Virus record (IMG/VR): IMGVR_UViG_3300013111_000141
Location: 32,761 to 96,760 of that record
Strand: one strand, 5' to 3'
DNA from: a virus
Length of the DNA stretch: 64,000 nt
A program made the translations under genes and the position numbers. The notes below the pieces were generated by a model. The model ran no database searches. It saw only the letters and a list, made by a program, of their open reading frames with translations, and was not told the origin of the DNA. Position 1 is the stretch's first letter. The number at the start of each line of letters is the position of its first letter. This document shows positions 19,632-29,869 of this stretch, one piece after another.

Positions 19632-19707
19632 TGGTGGGTCTGGTAGGAGTCGAACCTACACTCGGCCGATTATGAGTCGGATGCATTAACCATTATGCTA
19701 CAGACCC
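19632..19707 (-). tRNA. tRNA with CAT anticodon, most likely tRNA-Ile2 (lysidine); Met not excluded
   Basis: GGGTCTGTAGCATAATGGTTAATGCATCCGACTCATAATCGGCCGAGTGTAGGTTCGACTCCTACCAGACCCACCA; 76 nt, full cloverleaf, encoded CCA. Confidence 0.92.
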
Positions 19708-19820
19708 TATTATTTAAAACAAATGATAAGCAAAATATATTCCAGTTGCAACCAAATGAAATAAAACTAAATTCGGTTCAAACGTTATTTTTCTATCTAT
19801 TAAATTAATTAACATATTTT

Positions 19821-20312
19821 TTATCTCAACAAACGATAAGAACGATTAATATTAACCCGAACACTTTCTCCTGGCTCATAACTTAAAACAGATGACATAA
19901 GATTACCATCAACTTTATACGACACACTATAACCACTAACATATTGCTCTGTATGCGTATTTTCTTCAATAACACAATCATTCACATACTGTTTTTTTGA
20001 TTTATAACTATCTTCAATACTAGAACCAATCATAGCACCAGCCGCAGTACCAAGCATTCTATTAACAGTAGAACCTGTTAATTTTCTAGTAATAACGTGT
20101 CCAGCAAAAGCACCAACAACCCCACCAAGCAAATTAGAGGAATTAGAATCAACATATACCTCACGTTTAACACATGTTCTAGTTGGTGTATCATACACCA
20201 CTCTGTTATTATATATAGGGGTTGACGATATAACTGGAACCGTAACCACCTCAGCATATGCATTAGTCGTTAACATTAATGACGTTAATAACAATAATTT
20301 ACCACCTTTCAT
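19821..20312 (-). CDS. Glycine-zipper 2TM (YcfJ-like) envelope protein
   Basis: Signal peptide, V.VISSTP, LGGVVGAFAG...GTAAGAMIG, GYSVSY. Confidence 0.8.
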   Translation of the reverse strand: MKGGKLLLLTSLMLTTNAYAEVVTVPVISSTPIYNNRVVYDTPTRTCVKREVYVDSNSSNLLGGVVGAFAGHVITRKLTGSTVNRMLGTAAGAMIGSSIEDSYKSKKQYVNDCVIEENTHTEQYVSGYSVSYKVDGNLMSSVLSYEPGESVRVNINRSYRLLR

Positions 20313-20345
20313 GACTTTACTCCAATATTTCTAACTAATATATAT

Positions 20346-20374
20346 ATAATAACACAAAAACAACTATAAGTCAA
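20346..20374 (-). promoter_or_regulatory. Sigma70-type early promoter
   Basis: TTGACT-17 nt-TATTAT with extended TG. Confidence 0.65.
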
Positions 20375-22646
20375 GTCTTTTTTCAATAAAAATTGAAATT
20401 CTTTCCCATATTAAATCCGAATTATTATACAATATACCATGACAATCTGAACCAATAATATGCATTTCCTTATCAGAGGAAACCACATTATTATATATAT
20501 AATCAGCACCCCTAACTGAAACCAATGAATCATCTTTAGAATATATAATCAACATAGGAACTGTTACATTAGATAATGTACTCTTAATACTTTTAACCAA
20601 TCTTCCTACCTCATATATACTAAACGTTGGTATTATCCAATAATTAATATGTTCATTCTCAGGGATATTCTTAAAAAATGTTTTAACTCCATTACATGAT
20701 AATAATGTACTAACAACCTTATTAATACCGTTAATTATAGGTACAAACTTAATTCTAGTATCATCATAAAAAATAGGAGCAGATATAACAACTATAGATT
20801 TAACCCTAGAATCATTTATAAACTCTTTACGTAATGCAATTGCACCACCAGTAGAAAACCCAACAATCACAATATTTTTAGACAACATAGAAGCCATGTC
20901 AAAATAACTATAAACCGATTTTATCCAATCATTATGGTTATATTGCATCAACTCATATGGTGACGTACCATGACCAACGATTCTAGCACCAACAACAATA
21001 TAACCAATTCCACACAAATAATCACCAAACCCCCTAACTTCTGCCGGTGATGACAATAATCCATGAATTAACAATATTACCACACCATTAGACTTTTTAG
21101 GAAATAAAATAAAAGGATTATCATCAGAAGTATTAATTTCAGAAAATTTAGAATTATATTTATCATTACTATATAATTTCTTATCATATGTTAACGATAG
21201 TTTCTGATCATCCAATAAATGTAATGCTATATCTTTATTAGTAACCTTATGCATATCACTAATAACACTCTTAACAACATTACCAACCAAAGAAACTGGT
21301 TGTATCTCATTATAATATACAACTAATAAATTCTCAACCCTAACTGTTAATGGATCAACATTAAAATTAAACTTACCAGATAAATATATAGTATTACTCC
21401 CTATGACCAATACACCTTGTTTCTCAAGAGACTCAATATATTTTAATACATCTACATTATTACCACTTAATATATCACCATAAAGATGTGGAGTTAATAA
21501 CCCACTATGTAATCTAATTCCAGACTTCTGTTGTAATGTCTTTAACACCAAATATAATTCTTTATGTAATTGATCCTTGGAAATAGATACTATATTTTGT
21601 TTAAATCTATACATCAATAAGCAAGATATTAAATGACTTAAATTAATAGTAACATAAGAATAAATACTCTTAGTGTAATAGTCACGTGTAAGATTAGAAC
21701 ACTTTATAAGATGCTTATGCAACATATCGACTTTCCAAGACTTATCAACATCACCAATAGAAAACACATCATCTAAGGATTTTATAGAATCAGTAAATGT
21801 TTCAGTTAACGACGACTTCCATGAATGCCAAATACCGGAGGTAGATATCACTTTGCTCATAACAACATCCATATCAGTATCTTTAGTAATTAAATTACCC
21901 TCAACTAACAACTCTTCTGTTTGTCGTAATGTGAGTCCATTAGAAATATATTCAACTGCCTTCAATAAAACATTATCAGTTACACGCAAAGGATAAAACG
22001 TTATATTAGATGCAACTATATTAGTAGGTTTTGATACTGCATCCAATAACTCATCCAAACTATTAAAATCTAATTCCTTTTGCCACATTAATAATCTATC
22101 CATGTCCATATCTCTATGAGCATTACGAACTATAAACTTAAACACCTCCAACCCATGTGACAAAACAGCTGCCCCAGTATGTTGTTTCCGTACTTTCATA
22201 GTTGTTTGACATAACATATTATAATGTCCTTCATCATCAACAACCCTATGATCCTTTACCATTCCACCTTCAGGAAAAATAACAACTTTATGTCCGTGTA
22301 ATATTTGTTTCGCTAAAATAGGAAATAATCTGGGGTGATTATGAGGGACAACTCCTAACTTACTTAAATAGGATGATAATATATTATCATTTTTAAAAAA
22401 TTCACCAGACCCAACAGAATAACAATAACTACCATTTTCTTCATGTATCAAATATTGAGGGATAAATGTTTCTATACGAGAAAAATGATTAAATACAAAT
22501 ATACTACCATCGTCAATATTAATATCAGAATGAATATTAATATTAATTCTTAATAATCGTTTCAGAATTCTAAATGAACGTATAGATAATCTATACATAC
22601 GTTTATCTATATCAATCCAATCACGATTATACTTAAACCCACTCAT
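20364..22646 (-). CDS. Glycerolipid acyltransferase (PlsB/PlsC-like) fused to an alpha/beta hydrolase
   Basis: N-terminal FVFNHFSRIE and VIFPEGG; C-terminal LLIHG, GHG, GFSTGG (nucleophile), DDSLV, HG. Confidence 0.8.
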   Translation of the reverse strand: MSGFKYNRDWIDIDKRMYRLSIRSFRILKRLLRININIHSDINIDDGSIFVFNHFSRIETFIPQYLIHEENGSYCYSVGSGEFFKNDNILSSYLSKLGVVPHNHPRLFPILAKQILHGHKVVIFPEGGMVKDHRVVDDEGHYNMLCQTTMKVRKQHTGAAVLSHGLEVFKFIVRNAHRDMDMDRLLMWQKELDFNSLDELLDAVSKPTNIVASNITFYPLRVTDNVLLKAVEYISNGLTLRQTEELLVEGNLITKDTDMDVVMSKVISTSGIWHSWKSSLTETFTDSIKSLDDVFSIGDVDKSWKVDMLHKHLIKCSNLTRDYYTKSIYSYVTINLSHLISCLLMYRFKQNIVSISKDQLHKELYLVLKTLQQKSGIRLHSGLLTPHLYGDILSGNNVDVLKYIESLEKQGVLVIGSNTIYLSGKFNFNVDPLTVRVENLLVVYYNEIQPVSLVGNVVKSVISDMHKVTNKDIALHLLDDQKLSLTYDKKLYSNDKYNSKFSEINTSDDNPFILFPKKSNGVVILLIHGLLSSPAEVRGFGDYLCGIGYIVVGARIVGHGTSPYELMQYNHNDWIKSVYSYFDMASMLSKNIVIVGFSTGGAIALRKEFINDSRVKSIVVISAPIFYDDTRIKFVPIINGINKVVSTLLSCNGVKTFFKNIPENEHINYWIIPTFSIYEVGRLVKSIKSTLSNVTVPMLIIYSKDDSLVSVRGADYIYNNVVSSDKEMHIIGSDCHGILYNNSDLIWERISIFIEKRLDL

Positions 22647-23650
22647 GTTATTAAAAACTCATCAAGCGTGACAGCATTCTTACGTTCAGTCTCAGTATTA
22701 ACATTCTCTTTAGTTATCTTAAAAAACTGTTCTGATGCTTCAAATCCAATATACTTTCTACCAAGTTGTGATGCTCTAACTAATGTAGTGCCTGTGCCAG
22801 AAAAGGGGTCAAGAACAACACCACCTACTGGACAACCCGCAATTATAGGTTTATCAATTAATTCTGAATTATATGAAGCAAGGTGTGAAGAACGATTACC
22901 CTTTATCGTGATATTCCAAAAATCAGCAACATCACCCGGGTTCTTTCCTTTTGGATTTAATGAAGTATTACCACTATTGTATTCATCAATATCACGTCCA
23001 CCATTCTTTGGTCTAGAAAGACTTTGAGCAGAACTCACCCCAATACCAGTAGAATACTTATTTTCATTAGTACCACGTAAGGCTCTTTTAATAGAAGTAG
23101 TCATATTCTCATCACGAATAGAATCAAGGTCAAAATAATAACCTTTAGGTTTCTTCGTCATTAAAAATATATATTCGTGTTTCTTTGAGAATCTATCACG
23201 AACTGATTCCGGCATACCATTTCTCTTTGCCCAGATTATATCATTACGAATAGTCCAACCACGATCATAACAACCAATAGCAAATCTATGAGGAATCAAT
23301 AATAAACTTTTAGATCTCAAATCAGATGGTTGTTTTATCACCATACCACCCAAATATTCACCAGTTCTACTTCCGGTATATCCCATATTAAGTCCACCAG
23401 ATTTAGTAGAATATGTGTCGCCAAGATTGATCCACACAGTACCAGTATCTTTTAAAACTCTATATATCTCATCCATCATTTCCCATAAATGTTCAAGATA
23501 TTCTTGAAATGTGGGTTCTAATCCCCACTGCCCATCAAACCCATAGTCTCTTAATTGCCAATATGGCGGTGACGTAATGACACAATCAATAGATGCATCA
23601 TCTAACTTTTTGAAACCTTCCATGATGTCACAATTATATATTTTATCCAA
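22643..23650 (-). CDS. N4-cytosine-type DNA methyltransferase, beta class
   Basis: TSPPYW, DIIWAK, DPFSGTGTT; probable start TTG 23650 after GGAGGG (the track start lies inside the promoter). Confidence 0.88.
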   Translation of the reverse strand: MDKIYNCDIMEGFKKLDDASIDCVITSPPYWQLRDYGFDGQWGLEPTFQEYLEHLWEMMDEIYRVLKDTGTVWINLGDTYSTKSGGLNMGYTGSRTGEYLGGMVIKQPSDLRSKSLLLIPHRFAIGCYDRGWTIRNDIIWAKRNGMPESVRDRFSKKHEYIFLMTKKPKGYYFDLDSIRDENMTTSIKRALRGTNENKYSTGIGVSSAQSLSRPKNGGRDIDEYNSGNTSLNPKGKNPGDVADFWNITIKGNRSSHLASYNSELIDKPIIAGCPVGGVVLDPFSGTGTTLVRASQLGRKYIGFEASEQFFKITKENVNTETERKNAVTLDEFLIT

Positions 23651-23673
23651 ATCAAACCCTCCACTATATTCAT

Positions 23674-23702
23674 AGTATACCACACCCCAACTTAATTGTC
23701 AA
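23674..23702 (-). promoter_or_regulatory. Sigma70-type early promoter
   Basis: TTGACA-17 nt-TATACT with extended TG. Confidence 0.75.
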
Positions 23703-23710
23703 GGTGTTTA

Positions 23711-24355
23711 TTAATTTTTTTCCAATGCTAATTGAAACGAAGGTCTGACTATACAACGGTCAACATACGATTTAAGATGTGGGAAGTCATGTAAAAGTTC
23801 TGGGAACCAATTCAATGTAGATGATACCATTATATCAACAACAGAAAATTCATGTCCTATCATATATGGACGTTGAACCATCATTGGATTATTACCATTC
23901 ATAGAATTGTCTATAACTACTAATATTTTTTTATATCGTTCTAAAGAATATTCAACAACCGACTGTCTACGTTTTTCTTTAGGCAACAACTTACTATGTA
24001 AAAATATATCCACCAACGGATACTCCATAGTAGAAGTAACATAAAACATCCACTTCAAATACTCAGTCCGATACAAACTAGACACGTCAGGAGACAACCC
24101 CGATTCAGGATTCATATCACACAAATACATACAAATAGCACCAGCCTCCCATATAACATTATTATTATACTTTAATGTCGGTACGGATGCATTTGGATTC
24201 AATGTCAAATAATCTCTATCTGTTTTACCATCACCAAATATATTGATTGGTGTTAACTGATACTCAATACCTAATTCTTCTAATAACCATAAAGGTCTAA
24301 ATGACCTCGTATCAGTACAATGATACAACTCAATAATATCGTTACTCATATTCAC
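23711..24355 (-). CDS. Glutathione S-transferase family protein
   Basis: TRSFRPLWLLEELG, LNPNASVPTL, EAGAICMYL, FSVVDI, RPSFQ. Confidence 0.9.
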   Translation of the reverse strand: MNMSNDIIELYHCTDTRSFRPLWLLEELGIEYQLTPINIFGDGKTDRDYLTLNPNASVPTLKYNNNVIWEAGAICMYLCDMNPESGLSPDVSSLYRTEYLKWMFYVTSTMEYPLVDIFLHSKLLPKEKRRQSVVEYSLERYKKILVVIDNSMNGNNPMMVQRPYMIGHEFSVVDIMVSSTLNWFPELLHDFPHLKSYVDRCIVRPSFQLALEKN

Positions 24356-24357
24356 TC

Positions 24358-24675
24358 CTACAGATTAGTTGGGTTCACTGAGAAATATAATGCAAATGTC
24401 TTTACCGTATCTGGGTATACATGTTCATTATATTCTAATACCTTTCCTTCCTCTAAAAATTCACGTTTTAATAAACACTTATCCACGTGATTTGGTAAAT
24501 TGTCAAAATTGTCATATAAATGTTTCATCACCTCATAATGTCTTATCTCTGAATATATATTATTACTATCTGGATGATGAGTAAACATATATGAATACAT
24601 TAAATAATATCCTATTTCCTTTTCTAATTTATATTTATCAGACTCCATATACTCATAATACTTATCAATCTTCAT
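24358..24675 (-). CDS. Hypothetical protein, weakly resembling stand-alone NAD-ligase domain Ia-like phage proteins
   Basis: YLMYSYMF...IYSE..HYEVMKHLYDNFD..H. Confidence 0.45.
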   Translation of the reverse strand: MKIDKYYEYMESDKYKLEKEIGYYLMYSYMFTHHPDSNNIYSEIRHYEVMKHLYDNFDNLPNHVDKCLLKREFLEEGKVLEYNEHVYPDTVKTFALYFSVNPTNL

Positions 24676-24676
24676 A

Positions 24677-25381
24677 TTATTTATTTCGTCTATTACCTAT
24701 AGAATCACCATAAGCTACTGCCAATGGTAACAACTTAGCTAAAGGTAAACTAATCTTTAAAACATTAAGTTTCATATCTCTATCTAACAATATAGCAGAT
24801 AAAAACCTATGGTGTCCATCAATAATGCGATTATCCGATGATACTATTAATACTTTGGAATTTAATAATTTTATAGTCCCATTAACACCATTCTTAGCTA
24901 TAGTACCAAGTCCCTTATCAAAATATATTTGATCCTGAATTGGAGTCAAATCTTTCGCTGAAATTTTATCACGTGTAACTTTTACCACATCATCCCGTTC
25001 ATTACCATCATTCTTTTTTAACCCAGCCTTTAAAAACTTATCAGCCTTATCACCTGATAATCCTTCTGGAAATGGATTTGACGGAACTGTATCTTTAGAA
25101 AATGGTTTTATTATATCCAATTTTCCCTTTGACAATCTCTTTTGAAATTTATCAATATCTTTAGATGTTATAACGGGCATATCCTTTCTCTTAGTATGAC
25201 CTTTATATGATAGTTTCTGAGCCAAAACATAATTCTTATCAAAATCTGGAATATCTTTATCTAGTGTTGGTAGTTTAGATAACGCATATTCCCTTGCATC
25301 TTCTAAGGACGTAGTAACAACTTCAAGTTTACCAGCCGCAGCACCACCATTTTCCATTAAATAACTCTTAAATGTCTTCAT
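24677..25381 (-). CDS. ParB/Srx-like domain protein with capsid-targeting-like N-terminus
   Basis: MKTFKSYLME start (ATGA overlap); LTPIQDQIY...VSSDNRIIDGHHRF. Confidence 0.65.
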   Translation of the reverse strand: MKTFKSYLMENGGAAAGKLEVVTTSLEDAREYALSKLPTLDKDIPDFDKNYVLAQKLSYKGHTKRKDMPVITSKDIDKFQKRLSKGKLDIIKPFSKDTVPSNPFPEGLSGDKADKFLKAGLKKNDGNERDDVVKVTRDKISAKDLTPIQDQIYFDKGLGTIAKNGVNGTIKLLNSKVLIVSSDNRIIDGHHRFLSAILLDRDMKLNVLKISLPLAKLLPLAVAYGDSIGNRRNK

Positions 25382-26595
25382 TTCTCCCAACCTTTTATTA
25401 TATCTTTTGAAAAATTATTTGCTGAAAATTCCATTCGGTTTACCAATTTAACAGCATTATCATCACGATCAATTGCAACAAATCCCTCTGAACCAGATAC
25501 TTTAAATCCATTCTTAGTTCTTACAAAGGTGGATATATCAGACACACTCTCCATTTTATCTATTAAAATCTCTTTAGCATCAACTAAATGATTTTGTAAT
25601 TCAAACATCAATCTTAAATTCTTTTTATTAGAATCCGAAAAAAAACTTAAAACATCTTCTCTTGATTTAGACTTTTTAGCTTTACCTTTATCCGACTTCA
25701 ATTTGTCAATATCTTTTTGATACTTATCTGAAATATATTTAATAAGTTCATCTGTATGTTTTCTAGTATTTGTAATCTTCTCTTGTGACCTAACTTTAGT
25801 ATTATTAAACGTATTAATCAACTGATTAATAACTGAATTGGTAGAAACATCATTTAATGTTGTTGCAGATATTTTTCTAAATATCTTACCAGCATCAGAT
25901 AAATGTGATGTAACTATATCAGTCTCAGATTTAGTCATAGTAGCAGTACCAGACAAATCAGTAAGATCAGCAGTTCTCATCCATACACTTGAAGTCTTTT
26001 TAAAATCACGAATACTAATATTAAATGATGCAGACATATTCTCAAAAGAATCACCAGTATATTTTGTATGCCAAACAACTCCTATCTTTGATTGTAATAT
26101 AGAACCAGCCTGTGATGTTGGTACAGCGTATACTATCGTATTAGGATGAAAGGTAACATAAGACTCACCATCAATTGTTTCATTCTTAAGATCAGAATTA
26201 GTATACATAATATCACCTTGCACGACACCCTTAATACCAAGTTTCTTTAATTCAGTATATGCAATCTTTAACTTACTAGACAAATCACCAGAAGTATCAT
26301 CATCTATATCACTATGTGACTTGTATACTTTTGGATTCTTATTAAATATACCCTTCTTCGCAACAAAAAACTGTCCATCTGTCGGGTCAATACCAGCAAA
26401 CACAGCAGGTGCGCCATCCCACTTAACAGTCACTGAATGTGAAGTATTAGAATTACCAGACAACATATCTCTCAATGACCTTAAAGCGTTAATGGCACCA
26501 CGTGTACCATTAACGCCACCATCAAGGACAAGATCCTCAATATGAGTCATATGAGTATTTTTAGCTTCTGTTACATATTCTTGAAATGTTAACAT
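25378..26595 (-). CDS. Ligase-like nucleotidyltransferase (DUF6267-like), capsid-targeting-like N-terminus
   Basis: MLTFQEYVTE; KNTHMTHIED, VKWDGAP, QGD, EGFV, VKLVNRMEFS. Confidence 0.7.
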   Translation of the reverse strand: MLTFQEYVTEAKNTHMTHIEDLVLDGGVNGTRGAINALRSLRDMLSGNSNTSHSVTVKWDGAPAVFAGIDPTDGQFFVAKKGIFNKNPKVYKSHSDIDDDTSGDLSSKLKIAYTELKKLGIKGVVQGDIMYTNSDLKNETIDGESYVTFHPNTIVYAVPTSQAGSILQSKIGVVWHTKYTGDSFENMSASFNISIRDFKKTSSVWMRTADLTDLSGTATMTKSETDIVTSHLSDAGKIFRKISATTLNDVSTNSVINQLINTFNNTKVRSQEKITNTRKHTDELIKYISDKYQKDIDKLKSDKGKAKKSKSREDVLSFFSDSNKKNLRLMFELQNHLVDAKEILIDKMESVSDISTFVRTKNGFKVSGSEGFVAIDRDDNAVKLVNRMEFSANNFSKDIIKGWEK

Positions 26596-26621
26596 ATATT
26601 ACAACTCTAATTGTAAAATTA

Positions 26622-26629
26622 TATTTATA
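26622..26629 (-). promoter_or_regulatory. T4-type late promoter
   Basis: TATAAATA in the intergenic gap. Confidence 0.7.
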
Positions 26630-26632
26630 ATA

Positions 26633-27910
26633 TTAAAACTGTTCCTCTTCAGTAGAACCGTCCATAGCAGTAACAGATGATTTACCACCTTGTATAACAT
26701 TTGTAACAGAATCAAAATAACCAGCACCAACTTCCTCTTGATGCCTTGCAAATGTATATCCATCTTTAACCGAAGCAAACTCAGGTTCTTGGACACCCTC
26801 CACATAAGCAGTCATACCACGTTCAACATAATCCTTTGACAACTCAAACATAGAATGCCACATATCATGAATACCAGCCAACGTAATAAATTGCCATTTG
26901 AACCCCATCTCCCCCAATTTTTGTTGATAGTGTCTTATTTCTTCGTCACTTAAATTCTTCTTCCAGTTGAATGACGGAGAGCAATTATACGCCAACAATT
27001 TTCCAGGGTACTGTTGATGGATTGCCGTAGCGAACTTCTGTGCCTCTTCTAAGTTCGGGACCGCAGTTTCGCACCATAACATATCAGCATACGCCGCATA
27101 AGATAATCCCCTTGATATCGCCTGATCTATTCCGCAGTTAACTCGGAAAAACCCTTCCTCAGTTCTCTCCCCTGTGACGAATTCCTTGTCACGGACATCA
27201 ATATCAGATGTTAACAAAGTTGCTGCATTAGCGTCGGTTCTTGCGATAATAACGATAGGCACTCCCATAACATCAGATGCCAATCTGGCAGAAATTAATT
27301 TCTGAATCGCCTCTTGTGTTGGTACTAACACCTTACCACCCATATGTCCACATTTCTTAGCAGATGATAATTGATCTTCTAAATGAATACCCGATACACC
27401 ACACTCTATCATAGATTTAGTCAACTCATAAGAATTCAACACCCCGCCAAACCCAGCCTCAGCATCAGCGATAATTGGAGCAAAGTAATCAATATCATTT
27501 CTTCCCTTATTCCATTGAATTTCATCTGCTCTACGGAATGTATTATTAATACGTCTTACCATCATTGGTACTGAATTATATGCATATAATGATTGATCTG
27601 GATACATTGTTTCTGACGAATTACCATCAGCAGCAACTTGCCAACCTGATAAATATATAACCTTAATACCAGCCTTAACTTGTTGCATAGCCTGTCCAGC
27701 AGTTATAGCCCCCATAGAATTAACATATCCATCTTCGTTAATCAATTTCCAAAGTTTTTTAGAACCCACGGTAGACACTGTATATTCTTCATCAAACGAA
27801 CCGCTTAACCTAATAACATCTTCTGCCGAATAATCACGTTTGACATTCAACCAACGTTCATTCTCACTCCAATCTTTCTCTAAAGTTCGTACTCTACCCA
27901 ATTGTTCCAT
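26633..27910 (-). CDS. aceA: Isocitrate lyase
   Basis: [66 protein letters not shown]. Confidence 0.97.
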   Translation of the reverse strand: MEQLGRVRTLEKDWSENERWLNVKRDYSAEDVIRLSGSFDEEYTVSTVGSKKLWKLINEDGYVNSMGAITAGQAMQQVKAGIKVIYLSGWQVAADGNSSETMYPDQSLYAYNSVPMMVRRINNTFRRADEIQWNKGRNDIDYFAPIIADAEAGFGGVLNSYELTKSMIECGVSGIHLEDQLSSAKKCGHMGGKVLVPTQEAIQKLISARLASDVMGVPIVIIARTDANAATLLTSDIDVRDKEFVTGERTEEGFFRVNCGIDQAISRGLSYAAYADMLWCETAVPNLEEAQKFATAIHQQYPGKLLAYNCSPSFNWKKNLSDEEIRHYQQKLGEMGFKWQFITLAGIHDMWHSMFELSKDYVERGMTAYVEGVQEPEFASVKDGYTFARHQEEVGAGYFDSVTNVIQGGKSSVTAMDGSTEEEQF

Positions 27911-27931
27911 AAATAAATCATCCTATTTTAA

Positions 27932-29695
27932 TTAACCTTCACAACTACTGCAACCATCCTGACTAACAAACTCACCCCTTACACCTGTTAACAAATCTTG
28001 TCCAGATGGGGTTTCTGTATAATCAGTCATAGTATTCTGTTCTATCTTCTCCGATAATATTTCTGTACGATTCGATGTTTCTGTTCTTAAATAATATAAC
28101 GACTTATTACCCAATTTCCAAGCATTATAATGGACTTCATGTAAATATTTCTTATCAACTCCGGCGGGGAAAAACACATTAAGTGATTGTGATTGACAAA
28201 TATATTTTGCACGTTGTCCCCCCAATCTAACAATATCATTTTGATCTATTTCTATTGCAGTCTTAAATACTTCTTTTTCATGATCAGATAAAAATGATAA
28301 ATGTTGAACAGAACCATTATTAGAAATGATAGAATTCCATACATATTCAGTATCATGTCCATACCCCTTAAGTACCTTTTCTATGTATTTATTTTTAATT
28401 AAATGACTACCAACTCTAGTCCTATGAACAAATGCATTAGCCTTAATAGGTTCAATTGATGGAGATGTTGCGGCAATACTTGAACTATTAGCATTTGGAG
28501 CGATTGCTAATAAATTGGCATTCCTACGGCCAGTACCTATCATATCTGGACATTCACCACGTTCTTCCCCTAGTATCAATGATTGTTTAACAGCCTCAGA
28601 TTTAATATATGAAAAAATTTCTTCATTATATTCTGCAGCAGTCTGACTACCAAACGGAACAGACTTACTCATTAAAAAATTATGCCAACCCATTGTACCA
28701 ACACCAATAGATCGTTCCTGACTAGCAGAAAAACTAGCCTTTGATATTTCATTTGGGGCATGTTCTATAAAATAAGTTAATACGTTATCTAAAAATGTAA
28801 TTAAATCCGCAACTAACTTACTACCTTTCCACTCATCATAAGTTTCAAGATTCAACGAACTTAAACAACAGACAGCTGTGCGTTCTTCATTAGTCGGCAA
28901 TGTGATTTCACAACAAAGATTAGAACCTCTTGAAAACAATCCTTTATCCTTTTGTGTTTGTGGATATGCATCATTTGCTTTATCAATAAAATATATGTAT
29001 GGTTCACCTGTACGATATCGTGTTTCTAATAAAGTTTCCCATAACTCCCTAGCCATAACAGTATCAGTTGATTCACCTGTTTTTGGATCAATCAATTCCC
29101 AGACTAAATCTTGTTCAACTGACTCCATAAAACTATCAGGTACATTAACACCATGATGTAGATTAAGACACTTCCTATTAACATCACCAGTAGGTATTCT
29201 AAGTGACATAAATTCCATAATATCAGGGTGAGATATATCTAAATAAGAAGCATAAGACCCCTTTCGTGTTATACCCTGTTTATATGCAGTCATATCGGCA
29301 TCTACAGTATGTAAAAATGGAATAGGACCAGGTGCTATATCTGAAACAGAACGAACATCTGACCAATGTCCACCAACACCACCCCCCTTAACTGACAACC
29401 ACCGTAATTCAGATGTATGATCTATTAATCCATCCAATGTATCTGGTACATATCCTAAAAAACATGATATTGGTAATCCTCTTACATGTTCTTCCTTTTC
29501 TGGAGCATTTGATAAAACAGGAGATGAAAACATAAACCAATTCTTATCTATATATGAATATATTCTAGTTGCTAACTTTTCATCATTAAAACTAAATGCA
29601 TTTGAAGTCCTCTTAAATGCTTCCTCTGGGGTATCTTCATACTCCCTCATATAATAATCACGTAATAATTTCAACCCCTGTTCACTTATATTCAT
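27932..29695 (-). CDS. nrdA: Ribonucleotide reductase class Ia alpha subunit (no ATP cone)
   Basis: PISCF, GGGVG, SNLCCEI, CCLSS, IAPNANSS, CQSQSLN, SLYYLR, C-terminal CSSCEG. Confidence 0.93.
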   Translation of the reverse strand: MNISEQGLKLLRDYYMREYEDTPEEAFKRTSNAFSFNDEKLATRIYSYIDKNWFMFSSPVLSNAPEKEEHVRGLPISCFLGYVPDTLDGLIDHTSELRWLSVKGGGVGGHWSDVRSVSDIAPGPIPFLHTVDADMTAYKQGITRKGSYASYLDISHPDIMEFMSLRIPTGDVNRKCLNLHHGVNVPDSFMESVEQDLVWELIDPKTGESTDTVMARELWETLLETRYRTGEPYIYFIDKANDAYPQTQKDKGLFSRGSNLCCEITLPTNEERTAVCCLSSLNLETYDEWKGSKLVADLITFLDNVLTYFIEHAPNEISKASFSASQERSIGVGTMGWHNFLMSKSVPFGSQTAAEYNEEIFSYIKSEAVKQSLILGEERGECPDMIGTGRRNANLLAIAPNANSSSIAATSPSIEPIKANAFVHRTRVGSHLIKNKYIEKVLKGYGHDTEYVWNSIISNNGSVQHLSFLSDHEKEVFKTAIEIDQNDIVRLGGQRAKYICQSQSLNVFFPAGVDKKYLHEVHYNAWKLGNKSLYYLRTETSNRTEILSEKIEQNTMTDYTETPSGQDLLTGVRGEFVSQDGCSSCEG

Positions 29696-29869
29696 ATATC
29701 ATTCCTATTTTCGTATTTCGTTATAATCATTATCCATGGCATCCCACAAGACTTCATCTTTAACTTGATGTTCCGCATTATCATATTCCAAATCCTTTAT
29801 CTTATGTTTTAATTCGTCATTCTCTTTTTTTAAAAAGTCAAGTTCATCTCTAATTTCCATAAATCTCTC

